Shown here: piece after piece, positions 52,265-64,000 of the stretch
Layout of the letters: each line of letters opens with the position of its first letter
Numbering within the stretch: position 1 is the stretch's first letter
Assembly: GCF_032116555.1 (NCBI RefSeq)
Contig: NZ_CP134949.1
Location: forward strand, 496,001-560,000
Reading direction: 5' to 3'
DNA: 64,000 nt
Source of the DNA: Halorarum halobium
GTDB taxonomy: Archaea; Halobacteriota; Halobacteria; Halobacteriales; Haloferacaceae
Program-made: the position numbers and the translations under genes
The notes under the pieces: generated by a model
What the model saw: only the letters and a program-made list of their open reading frames with translations
Told to the model about the DNA's origin: nothing
Database searches by the model: none

Positions 52265-52444
52265 ACATGTCGACGTGGGGCCGCGGACGCCAAATGAACA
52301 CCAGACGGTTCCCGGGAACTGGGAAACGGCATTGAGAGGGAATCTACCTTGCGAAAATCGGCCTTTTCTCCGAATTGGTCCGAGTCCTCTGCCATGATGC
52401 CCCCGAGGACGGACACGTTCGGAACGGATGCGGCGGTCCGAATG

Positions 52445-52494
52445 ATTCGGCCGACCTAAATCGGAGGCGTTAACAGTTATTAGGTGGGCCTAAA
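52445..52494. promoter_or_regulatory. Second pair of TTTAGG-N4-CCTAAA-type operators
   Basis: ATTCGGCCGACCTAAA 52445-52460 and ATTAGGTGGGCCTAAA 52479-52494, just upstream of ATG 52499. Confidence 0.7.
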
Positions 52495-52498
52495 TCAC

Positions 52499-53764
52499 AT
52501 GGCGAACGACGAAACTGAACACGGGGAACCGACGCGGCGCGACTGCGTGAAGTACGGCGGCGCGGTCGTGGGTGGCGGACTGCTCGCGGGCTGTTCGAGC
52601 CAGCCCGGGTCCGGTTCGACGCCGACCCGGACGGACGCAGCGGGCGCGTCGACCGCCACGGAAACGGACACGGAACCGGTCAGTTCGGAGGACGGGAGCT
52701 ACTCGGTGACGATGTCGCCGGTGGGCGAAGTCGAGTTCGACCAGGTTCCGACGAGTCTGCTGACGTACTATCCGATCTCGGCCGGGACCGCGGTCGCGCT
52801 CGGGCACGGCGATTCGATAACCGCCATCGGCTACGACAAGGAGCTGTTCGGAAACACCGTCGATTATTACTACGACAGTCTCGACGGCGTTGCCTTCCAA
52901 TGGGAGGACCTTGGTCGGGTCACACGAAGCGGCAGCCCCGGTTCGCTCGACAGGGAGCTGTTTTACGAACTGGACAGCGACGTGCACTTTCTCGATCCGG
53001 CGCTCCTCCGGAGTAGTTCGTTCGGCTGGAGTCAGCGGGAGGTCGAGTCGATCGCGTCGGACGTCGGCCCGTGGTTCGGGAACTACTACAGCCGAACGAA
53101 CGGCCAGCCGCCGGAGGCGTATCGCGAGCAGTACGAGTACTACTCCCTCTGGGAGTACATCGGCAACATCGCGGCAGTGCTCCGTGAGGAAGAGCGGTAT
53201 CGGGCGCTGAAGGGGCTCCGTGACAACGTGGTCGATCGGATTCGGGCGGACCTCCCGCCCGAATCCGAACGGCCGTCGCTCGCGGTCGTCGCGTACACCG
53301 GCGGGACGTTCTGGCCGTACGACTTCACGCAGGACGGCTACCTCTGGGAGCACGTCCGCCCGTTCGGCGTGAAGAACGCGCTCTCGGAAACTGCAGGTGG
53401 GCCCGGTGACGACGGGTCCTACGATTACGAGGGGCTGATCGAAGCCCAGCCGGACGTCGTCGTGCGCTACTGGGGGACGGCGCTGGGGGAGTCGTTCATC
53501 GAAAACAGATCGACGGTCCTGAACGACCCCCTCGCGGAGGAGGTGCCGGCGTTCCGGAACGGGCGCTACCACGCGTCAGGACACGGCATGCAGGGGCCGG
53601 TCATGAACCTCTTCCAGCTGGAGATGACCGCCAAGCAGCTGTTCCCCGAGCGGTTCGGCGAGTGGCCGGGGTTCGGTGCCGGGGAGTCCTATCCGGATAT
53701 CCCCGCCGAGGAACAGTTGTTCGACCGCGAGGCCGTCGCGGACATCATCACCGGCGACGGATAG
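52499..53764 (+). CDS. Iron/siderophore-type ABC substrate-binding Tat lipoprotein (paralog 2)
   Basis: PTRRDCVKYGG, LAGC, YELDSDVH, QGPVMNLFQLEM; homologous to 48748-49992. Confidence 0.85.
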   Translation: MANDETEHGEPTRRDCVKYGGAVVGGGLLAGCSSQPGSGSTPTRTDAAGASTATETDTEPVSSEDGSYSVTMSPVGEVEFDQVPTSLLTYYPISAGTAVALGHGDSITAIGYDKELFGNTVDYYYDSLDGVAFQWEDLGRVTRSGSPGSLDRELFYELDSDVHFLDPALLRSSSFGWSQREVESIASDVGPWFGNYYSRTNGQPPEAYREQYEYYSLWEYIGNIAAVLREEERYRALKGLRDNVVDRIRADLPPESERPSLAVVAYTGGTFWPYDFTQDGYLWEHVRPFGVKNALSETAGGPGDDGSYDYEGLIEAQPDVVVRYWGTALGESFIENRSTVLNDPLAEEVPAFRNGRYHASGHGMQGPVMNLFQLEMTAKQLFPERFGEWPGFGAGESYPDIPAEEQLFDREAVADIITGDG

Positions 53765-53972
53765 CTGGACGGAACAGCGCTTGCGCGAGCGTTCCACGCT
53801 CTGCTCAGTTCACGAGTTCGGGGCCCGATTCGAATGGACGCCTCTGTACGCTCCGCCAACACTGTGGGCAGGAGTATCCGATTTCCTATTGCAGCATAGG
53901 ATTTACAGGTTGGACTTATGCGTCGTCCGGTCGTATCCCTCGCATGACCGAATCCGGCACGGAGGACCGCTA

Positions 53973-55091
<1,119 letters not shown>

Positions 55092-55159
55092 CCGGGAATC
55101 GGAACCCCCGTTCGGCCGGGTTTGACAAGACTTAGGGCCGAGGACGGGTAGCTTCGGCC

Positions 55160-56956
55160 ATGAGTTCGGTTCCCGAGCGGTCCGAAATCGACGAGGAGTA
55201 CACGTGGAGCATCGGCTCCATCTACGCCTCCGACGACGAGTGGGAGGCGGCCTACCAGGCGGCCGAGGAGTCGGTCGAGGACGTGGCGGCCTACGAGGGT
55301 CGGGCGACCGAGAGAGCGGCGACGCTCCGCGAACTGCTCGAGACGTACGAGTCCGTGATGCGCGAGGTGTCGAAGGTGGTCCAGTACGCGAACCTCCGGT
55401 CGAACGAGGACACGCGCGACCAGGAGTATCAGGCGATGGCCGCGAAGGCGTCCTCGCTCTCCTCCGAGGCGTCGAGCGCGGCCAGCTTCATCGAGCCGGA
55501 ACTGCAGGAGCTCTCCCGGGACGACATCGCCGAGTTCGTCGACGAGGAGCCGGCGCTCGCCGAGTACGAGCACTACTTCGACGACGTGTTGCGGACGAAG
55601 CCGCACACGCGCTCGGCCGAGGTCGAGGAGCTGCTTGCGGAGCTCTCGGAGGTCACAGACGCTCCGGGCGAGACGTACTCGATGCTCACGAACGCGGACA
55701 TGACGTTCCCGACCGTCGAAGGGCCCGACGGCGACGAGATCGAGATCTCGCAGGGCAACTTCACCACGCTCCTCCAGAAGCCCGACAGGGAGTTCCGCCA
55801 GCGCGTCCACGAGTCGTTCTTCGAGGAGTGGGCGACCGTGCGCAACGCCGTCGGCACGACGCTCTCGAAGTCGGTAAAGACGGACGTGAAGATGGCCGAG
55901 GCGCGCGACTACGAGACCGCCCGCGCGGCGGCGCTCGACGGCACGAACGTGCCGGTCGAGGTGTACGACACGCTCGTCGACACCGTCCGTGACAACCTCG
56001 ACTCGCTCCAGCGCCACGCCGACCTGAAGCGCCGCGCGCTCGACGTCGACGACCTGGAGATGTGGGACCTCTACATGTCCCTGACGGGCGACGAGGGGCC
56101 GGAAATCCCGTACGAGCGGGCGAAGGAACTCGTCGTCGAGGCGGTCGAACCGCTCGGCGAGCCGTACCAGGAGCGGATGGCCGAGGGGCTCGAGTCGCGC
56201 TGGGTCGACGTGTACGAGAATCGGGGGAAGCGCTCCGGGGCGTACTCGGCCGGAACCTACGACACCCAGCCGTACATTTTGATGAACTACCAGGACGACG
56301 TCTCCTCGATGTTCACGCTGGCCCACGAACTGGGTCACTCGATGCACTCGGAGCTCGCCAAGGAGGCCCAGCCGTGGCAGTACGCGAGCTACGAGATCTT
56401 CGTCGCGGAGGTCGCCTCCACCGTGAACGAGACGCTGCTCACGGAGCACCTGCTGGAGAACGCCGAGAGCGAGGAGCTGCGTGCCCACGCGCTCGACCAG
56501 TACCTCGAACGGTTCCGCTCGACGCTGTTCCGCCAGACGATGTTCGCGGCGTTCGAGCAGGCGATCCACGAGCACGCCGAGGCCGGGCAGCCGCTCACGC
56601 CCGACGTCCTCGACGAGCTGTACGGCGACCTGAAGGGCGAGTTCTACGCGAACGCGGTCGTCGACGAGCACATCCCCCGCGAGTGGATGCGCATCCCGCA
56701 CTTCTACTACAACTTCTACGTCTACCAGTACTCGACGGGCATCTCGGCGGCGGCGGCCATCGTCGACCGCATCCGCGAGGAGGGCGACCCGACGGCCGCC
56801 GAGTACCGCGCCGCGCTCGAAGCCGGCGGCGCCGAGTACCCCATCGACGTGCTCGAGATGGCGGGCATCGACATGACCTCGCCCGAGCCGGTCGAGTCGG
56901 CCATCGGCGTCTACGACGAGTTCCTCGGGCGGGCCGAGGAGCTGCTCGATCTGTAG
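55160..56956 (+). CDS. pepF: Oligoendopeptidase F (M3B)
   Basis: KRSGAYS, TLAHELGHSMH, AEVAST, RIPHFYYNFYVYQY. Confidence 0.96.
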   Translation: MSSVPERSEIDEEYTWSIGSIYASDDEWEAAYQAAEESVEDVAAYEGRATERAATLRELLETYESVMREVSKVVQYANLRSNEDTRDQEYQAMAAKASSLSSEASSAASFIEPELQELSRDDIAEFVDEEPALAEYEHYFDDVLRTKPHTRSAEVEELLAELSEVTDAPGETYSMLTNADMTFPTVEGPDGDEIEISQGNFTTLLQKPDREFRQRVHESFFEEWATVRNAVGTTLSKSVKTDVKMAEARDYETARAAALDGTNVPVEVYDTLVDTVRDNLDSLQRHADLKRRALDVDDLEMWDLYMSLTGDEGPEIPYERAKELVVEAVEPLGEPYQERMAEGLESRWVDVYENRGKRSGAYSAGTYDTQPYILMNYQDDVSSMFTLAHELGHSMHSELAKEAQPWQYASYEIFVAEVASTVNETLLTEHLLENAESEELRAHALDQYLERFRSTLFRQTMFAAFEQAIHEHAEAGQPLTPDVLDELYGDLKGEFYANAVVDEHIPREWMRIPHFYYNFYVYQYSTGISAAAAIVDRIREEGDPTAAEYRAALEAGGAEYPIDVLEMAGIDMTSPEPVESAIGVYDEFLGRAEELLDL

Positions 56957-57156
56957 GAACCGGGACGGCGCGGCCCGGACTCGACCACCGTCAGGATTCG
57001 TTATCGGGCCGGATTCGACCACTGCCCGGGTTCGCCACCGGTGGGATTCGCCCCCCGCGACGGGGTCGACTCCGTGTGGTGTGTGAACGTCACACGAGAT
57101 ATTATCGCGCGTCTTCCGGGTGAATTAAGGGACGACTCCCTGACGATTCGGACGCA

Positions 57157-58020
57157 ATGTTCGACAACTCGGGCCCGTCGAGCAGGACCGCGATCCTGCT
57201 CGTCGTGGCCGCTGCCCTCCTCACGAGCGCCGCGCTCGCGCCGATGGCCTACGAGGCCAGCGGTGGGCCGGAGGGATCTGTCATGGTCGTCTCCATCGGC
57301 AGTTCCATCTCCGCCTCGTCGGTCGACGAGGCCGTCGCCCACCTGCGTGACGCGCGGACGAACGACTCGGTGGAGGCAGTCGTCCTGAAGGTGGACAGCC
57401 CGGGCGGGTCGGCCGCCCAGAGTGAACGACTGTACATGGCCGTCGAGCGCACGGCCGCACGAATGCCCGTCGTCTCCAGCGTCCAGGGGATGGCCGCTTC
57501 CGGCGGGTACTACGCCGTCGCGCCCACCGACCGCATCTACAGCCTCCCCGCCGCCGAGGTCGGCTCGGTCGGCGTGATCGCCACGGCCCCCGCCGACACC
57601 CCCTCGAGTTACATCAAGAGCGGTCCGGACAAGTCGGCCGGGCGTGCCGACCAGACCCGCCGCGAGGTCGAGGAGCTCCAGGCGGCGTTCGTCGGGAGCG
57701 TCATGAAGCACCGCGAACTGAATATGACGCGCACCGAACTCGAGCACGCGAAGACGTACATCGGGATGCGCGCCGTGGAGAACGGCCTCGTCGACGAGAT
57801 CGGCACGACCGCCGACGCCGTCGACTACGCCGCGAGCGAGGCCGGTCTCGACAGCTACGACGTCGTCCGCCGCGACGCGACCCCGAGCACGGGGCTCCTC
57901 TTGCTCCAGGAGAACGCCAACGGGACGGTCGTCCTCTCGGCCGACACCGACTCCCCGTACCGCTACTACATGACGGTCGGCGAACCCGCCGACGAGGTGG
58001 TGATCTACGATGCCAGCTAA
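57157..58020 (+). CDS. S49 (SppA-like) peptidase, membrane-anchored
   Basis: VDSPGGS, MAASGGYY, GSVGVI, KSGPDK, GLVDEIG. Confidence 0.88.
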   Translation: MFDNSGPSSRTAILLVVAAALLTSAALAPMAYEASGGPEGSVMVVSIGSSISASSVDEAVAHLRDARTNDSVEAVVLKVDSPGGSAAQSERLYMAVERTAARMPVVSSVQGMAASGGYYAVAPTDRIYSLPAAEVGSVGVIATAPADTPSSYIKSGPDKSAGRADQTRREVEELQAAFVGSVMKHRELNMTRTELEHAKTYIGMRAVENGLVDEIGTTADAVDYAASEAGLDSYDVVRRDATPSTGLLLLQENANGTVVLSADTDSPYRYYMTVGEPADEVVIYDAS

Positions 58021-58981
58021 CCCCGCACGACTCGTCGGGACGTTCCTGCTCGTCGTCGTCGTCGTCGTCGGCGGCGCGGCGGCCGTCCCGCTCGTGTCGA
58101 CCCAGCAGACCCCCGACCCGGCACAGCTCGACAACCCGCAGTTCCAGCCCGACGAGTCCCTGATCGAGGACGCGGCCGAGGAGGGAACCGTCGAGATGGA
58201 GTCTGACGCCGAGCCGAAGACGGTGCTCGTCGACGCGGGGCACGGAGCCGCACCGTCGGCATCCGAGCTCGATCCGCTCGCCTCGGCGCTCGTCGCCAAC
58301 GGCCACACGGTCGAGTTCTACGACCCGCAGGCCGAGCCGCGCGTCACGCTGAACGAGTCGCTGCGCGGCGCCGACGCGTTCCTCACCGTCGCGCCGTCGG
58401 CCCGCTACAGCGACGCCGAACTCGCCGGAATCGCGGCGTTCACCGACGCCGGCGGCCGGCTCGCGGTGCTGTCCGACCCCGCAGGCGGCTCCTCGGCCTC
58501 CAGCGTCCTGGGCGGGCTGCTCGGCGTCTCGGCCGGCGCGTCCGGCCCCGCGACCACGGGGCTCTCCTCGCAGTACGGCATGGAGTTCCAGTCCGGGTCA
58601 CTCTACGAGATGGACTCCGAGCGCAACTACGCGGCCGTCTCGGCCACCGGTGCCGACGGCTCGCTGGGCGCGGGCGTCGAGAACGCCGTCCTGCGCGACG
58701 CCGCGCCGGTCGTCACGAGCGACTCGGCCACGGTTGCGCTGACCAGTACCGAGGGAACCACCCGTTCGACCACGCGCCGCGAGGGCAGCTACGCCGTCGC
58801 GGCACAGCAGGGGAACGCCGTGATCATCGGCGACACGGACTTCATGACCCCCGACGACGCCTACCGCGGGGACAACGAGGTCCTGATCGGCAACCTCGCT
58901 GACTTCCTGGTTTCGGGCGAGAAGTCGCCCGAGGACGCACCGACGACGTCCTCGCCGGGCGGCCCCGCGGGCGGGGTCTGA
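58010..58981 (+). CDS. Membrane-anchored extracellular protein (DUF4350/GldG-like)
   Basis: N-terminal TM, VLVDAGHG, FTDAGGRL, IGDTDF...DNEVLIGNLADFL; overlaps S49 gene by 11 nt. Confidence 0.65.
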   Translation: MPANPARLVGTFLLVVVVVVGGAAAVPLVSTQQTPDPAQLDNPQFQPDESLIEDAAEEGTVEMESDAEPKTVLVDAGHGAAPSASELDPLASALVANGHTVEFYDPQAEPRVTLNESLRGADAFLTVAPSARYSDAELAGIAAFTDAGGRLAVLSDPAGGSSASSVLGGLLGVSAGASGPATTGLSSQYGMEFQSGSLYEMDSERNYAAVSATGADGSLGAGVENAVLRDAAPVVTSDSATVALTSTEGTTRSTTRREGSYAVAAQQGNAVIIGDTDFMTPDDAYRGDNEVLIGNLADFLVSGEKSPEDAPTTSSPGGPAGGV

Positions 58982-59111
58982 GCCGGTCAACGCCCGATCC
59001 GTTCATTTTTCGACCGTCGAGTGCCGATCCCGTCGGTTCGCCAACCCGCCGAGGCGAACGCTCCCGCGACCCAAAGCCACATTAATGCCGCAGTCGAAAA
59101 CCCGGGCAAGA

Positions 59112-60344
59112 ATGTCTCGGAGCCCGTCCCTTCCAGACCGCCCTCGCCTCGATCTCGATCCGGACATGAGCGAGGCCGAACGGCTGGAGGCCCTGCGCCA
59201 GCACTTCGAGCGGCTCGTGCAGGTGAACGACGAACTGGACGACCGCCTCGAACGGGCGGAGTCCCGCGGCGGCGACCTCCAGGGCGAGGTCGACGAACTG
59301 AAGCGGCGAAACGAGGCGCTGAAGACGTCGTCGCTGTACGTCGCCACCGTCGAGGAGATCACCGACGACGGCGCGGTCATCAAGCAGCACGGCAACAACC
59401 AGGAGGTGCTGACCGAGGTGTCCTCGCGGCTGGCCGACGACCTGGAGGCCGGCGACCGTGTCGCGATCAACGACTCGTTCAGCGTCCAGACGGTGCTGGA
59501 CGACGAGACCGACGCGCGGGCCCAGGCGATGGAGGTCGACGCCTCGCCGGCGGTCGACTACGCCGACATCGGCGGCATCGACGACCAGGTGCGCGAGGTG
59601 CGCGAGGCCGTCGAGGCCCCGCTGGTGAACGCCGAACAGTTCGAGTCGGTCGGCGTCGAACCGCCGAGCGGCGTCCTGCTCCACGGGCCGCCAGGCACCG
59701 GGAAGACGATGCTGGCGAAGGCGGTCGCGAACGAGACGGACGCGACGTTCATCAAGATGGCCGGCTCCGAACTCGTCCGGAAGTTCATCGGCGAGGGCGC
59801 GCGGCTGGTCCGGGACCTGTTCGACCTGGCCTCGGAGCGCGAACCGGCGGTCATCTTCATCGACGAGATCGACGCCGTCGCCGCGAAGCGGACGGACTCG
59901 AAGACGTCGGGCGACGCGGAGGTCCAGCGGACGATGATGCAGTTGCTCTCGGAGATGGACGGCTTCGACGAGCGCGGCGAGATTCGCATCATCGCCGCCA
60001 CCAACCGCTTCGACATGCTGGACGAGGCGATCCTCCGGCCCGGCCGATTCGATCGGCTCATCGAGGTGCCAAAGCCCGAGATCGAGGGCCGTGAGCGCGT
60101 CCTCGACATCCACACCGACGACATGAGCGTCGCCGCCGACGTCGACTTCCACGGTCTCGCCGGCGATCTGGAGGGCTACTCCGGCGCGGACATCGCCGCG
60201 CTGTGCACCGAGGCGGGGATGTTCGCCATCCGCGACGACCGGACGACGGTGACCCACGGGGACTTCGAGTCCGCCCGCGAGAAGGTGGAGGCCGACGACG
60301 AGGGGGCGGTGACGAGCGACGGGTTCGGCGCGTACCAGTACTGA
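59112..60344 (+). CDS. pan2: Proteasome-activating nucleotidase Pan2 (PanB)
   Basis: Coiled coil, GPPGTGKT, FIDEID, ATNRFDMLDEAILRPGRFDR; C-terminal YQY. Confidence 0.93.
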   Translation: MSRSPSLPDRPRLDLDPDMSEAERLEALRQHFERLVQVNDELDDRLERAESRGGDLQGEVDELKRRNEALKTSSLYVATVEEITDDGAVIKQHGNNQEVLTEVSSRLADDLEAGDRVAINDSFSVQTVLDDETDARAQAMEVDASPAVDYADIGGIDDQVREVREAVEAPLVNAEQFESVGVEPPSGVLLHGPPGTGKTMLAKAVANETDATFIKMAGSELVRKFIGEGARLVRDLFDLASEREPAVIFIDEIDAVAAKRTDSKTSGDAEVQRTMMQLLSEMDGFDERGEIRIIAATNRFDMLDEAILRPGRFDRLIEVPKPEIEGRERVLDIHTDDMSVAADVDFHGLAGDLEGYSGADIAALCTEAGMFAIRDDRTTVTHGDFESAREKVEADDEGAVTSDGFGAYQY

Positions 60345-60707
60345 ACGCAGGGTTGCGGCTCCCCACCGACGGGTCCCGTCGGTCGCGGGCGGCTTCCGCG
60401 GACCGGGACGCCGTCCGCGTTCGAACTCCATCCGCCGATCAGCCGCGTTCGAACTCCGTCCGGCGATGCTCGCTGCAGTTCCGGAAGCGGAACCCGTGCT
60501 TTTGCTCGGCGGCCCTTCGAACCGCATCTCGGCCGTCGTCCGCCGCGGTTCGAGCGCGACGGGTGGGTACATCCCCGAGAGCGGAACGAACGGCGGGTGT
60601 CATCGCCGTCGCAGCGACGACGTTCACGGCGCGCTCGATCAGGAACTCGTCGCTGACGGTGCGGGACGGGCGTGCAGCCGACCGGCGAGGGGGCCCGTTC
60701 GCCCACG

Positions 60708-62940
<2,233 letters not shown>

Positions 62941-63066
62941 GCTGAGCCGAGGGCGGCGTGGTCGGCCGGGCGACCCGTTTTTCACCGACGAACGTCAGGC
63001 CGCTCGATCCCTTCGGCCGCTCGGTCGTGTCGACCGCTCGATCGCTCCTGTCCGTCCCCCGATTCC

Positions 63067-63384
63067 CTACGGTGCGCCGACGACGACCATCCGGCTCGGC
63101 TCCGCGAACTCGTAGTTCCGGGTGGCCGCGGGCGACACGCGGACCGCGTCCCCGACGTCGAGCGGGAGGGCCTCGCCGTCGACCGTGATGGTTCCCGAGC
63201 CCTCCAGCAGGAGGTACACCTCCTCCTGTCCGCCGTCCGCGTGGTCGTGTTCCATCCCGGTCCACTCGGAGTCGCCCTCGACGACCGTGATGCCGAGCGA
63301 GTCACAGTCCAGCGCGTCCCGGAGGAAGTGCATGCCGGGCGCTTTCGGTTCGACGTCGCCGTAGTTCTCCTTCGAGTATGCCAC
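63067..63384 (-). CDS. Cupin-domain protein
   Basis: EHDH...QEEVYLLLEGSG...LDVGDAVRVSP; GTG start inferred. Confidence 0.85.
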   Translation of the reverse strand: MAYSKENYGDVEPKAPGMHFLRDALDCDSLGITVVEGDSEWTGMEHDHADGGQEEVYLLLEGSGTITVDGEALPLDVGDAVRVSPAATRNYEFAEPSRMVVVGAP

Positions 63385-63500
63385 GTCGGAGGGTGGGCGG
63401 AGCGGGCCAAAAGCGTTCGGCCGGGCCGCCGTCGGAACGAGTCCGCCGTCGGAGCGCCCGGCTTCGATACGCACTTCACCCGCCGCCCGCTGGTTCGGAT

Positions 63501-63983
63501 ATGGAGATCCACGTCGCCGGCGGCAGCGGGCGGGGCCCGACCGCCATGGCGGCTTACGACGCCGCGCTCGCGGACGCGAACCTCCACAACTACAACCTCG
63601 TGACGGTGTCCTCCGTCGTCCCCGCGGACGCCACGGTGCGGGCCGTCGAGGCGGTGCCGGACCTCGGCCCCGCGGGGAACCGCCTGACCGTCGTGCAGGC
63701 CCGCGCGGCCGCCACCCCGGCGGACGCACGCGAGACCGAGGAGGTCGTCGCCGGACTCGGCTGGGCGACCGGCCCCGGCCCGGGGCTGTTCTATGAGGCC
63801 GACGGCACGGATCCCGAGTCGGTCCGGACCACGGTCGAGGAGGGGCTTCGAGCGGGCGCGGCCCTCCGGGACTGGTCAATCGTGGACGAGCACACGCTGG
63901 TCGAGCGCGCCGACACCAGCGAGGACGCCTACACCTCCGCGGTCGTCCTCGCGGCCTACGGCGAGAGCGAGCCCATCGCGTGA
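63501..63983 (+). CDS. pdaD: Pyruvoyl-dependent arginine decarboxylase
   Basis: YDAALADANLHNYNLVTVSSVVP (SS self-cleavage site), GPGLFYE. Confidence 0.88.
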   Translation: MEIHVAGGSGRGPTAMAAYDAALADANLHNYNLVTVSSVVPADATVRAVEAVPDLGPAGNRLTVVQARAAATPADARETEEVVAGLGWATGPGPGLFYEADGTDPESVRTTVEEGLRAGAALRDWSIVDEHTLVERADTSEDAYTSAVVLAAYGESEPIA

Positions 63984-64000
63984 GGGGACTCCGCTTGCGG

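Noticed and set aside
60570..60700. Protein-like minus-strand fragment (VSDEFLIERAVNVVAATAM) in the pan2-katG spacer
   Set aside because: No credible start or stop and no recognisable family

Overview
GC-rich chromosomal segment of a halophilic archaeon (class Halobacteria), judged from the acidic proteins, PitA, thermosome, rps6e/rps19e, class I LysRS, Pan2 and halocyanin. It is mostly housekeeping: about 60 CDS and one tRNA-Arg(CCG). No CRISPR array, transposase or provirus is visible. The most unusual signal is non-coding: a dispersed, modular intergenic repeat family (about 10 copies plus fragments) with an invariant 21-bp core, long stems that covary between copies, and many C-GA-SC-GNA-GS-GA-G mini-hairpins whose geometry suggests strand-specific ssDNA folding. 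One member sits on the tRNA 3' end, and degenerate inverted copies bracket an apparently inverted gene block. Also notable: an accessory block with two iron-type solute-binding lipoproteins, each with paired palindromic operators, enclosing a two-domain multicopper oxidase and a halocyanin; two genes interrupted by TAG at probable Trp codons; and a 31-bp tandem repeat. All product calls come from motif recognition, not database searches.
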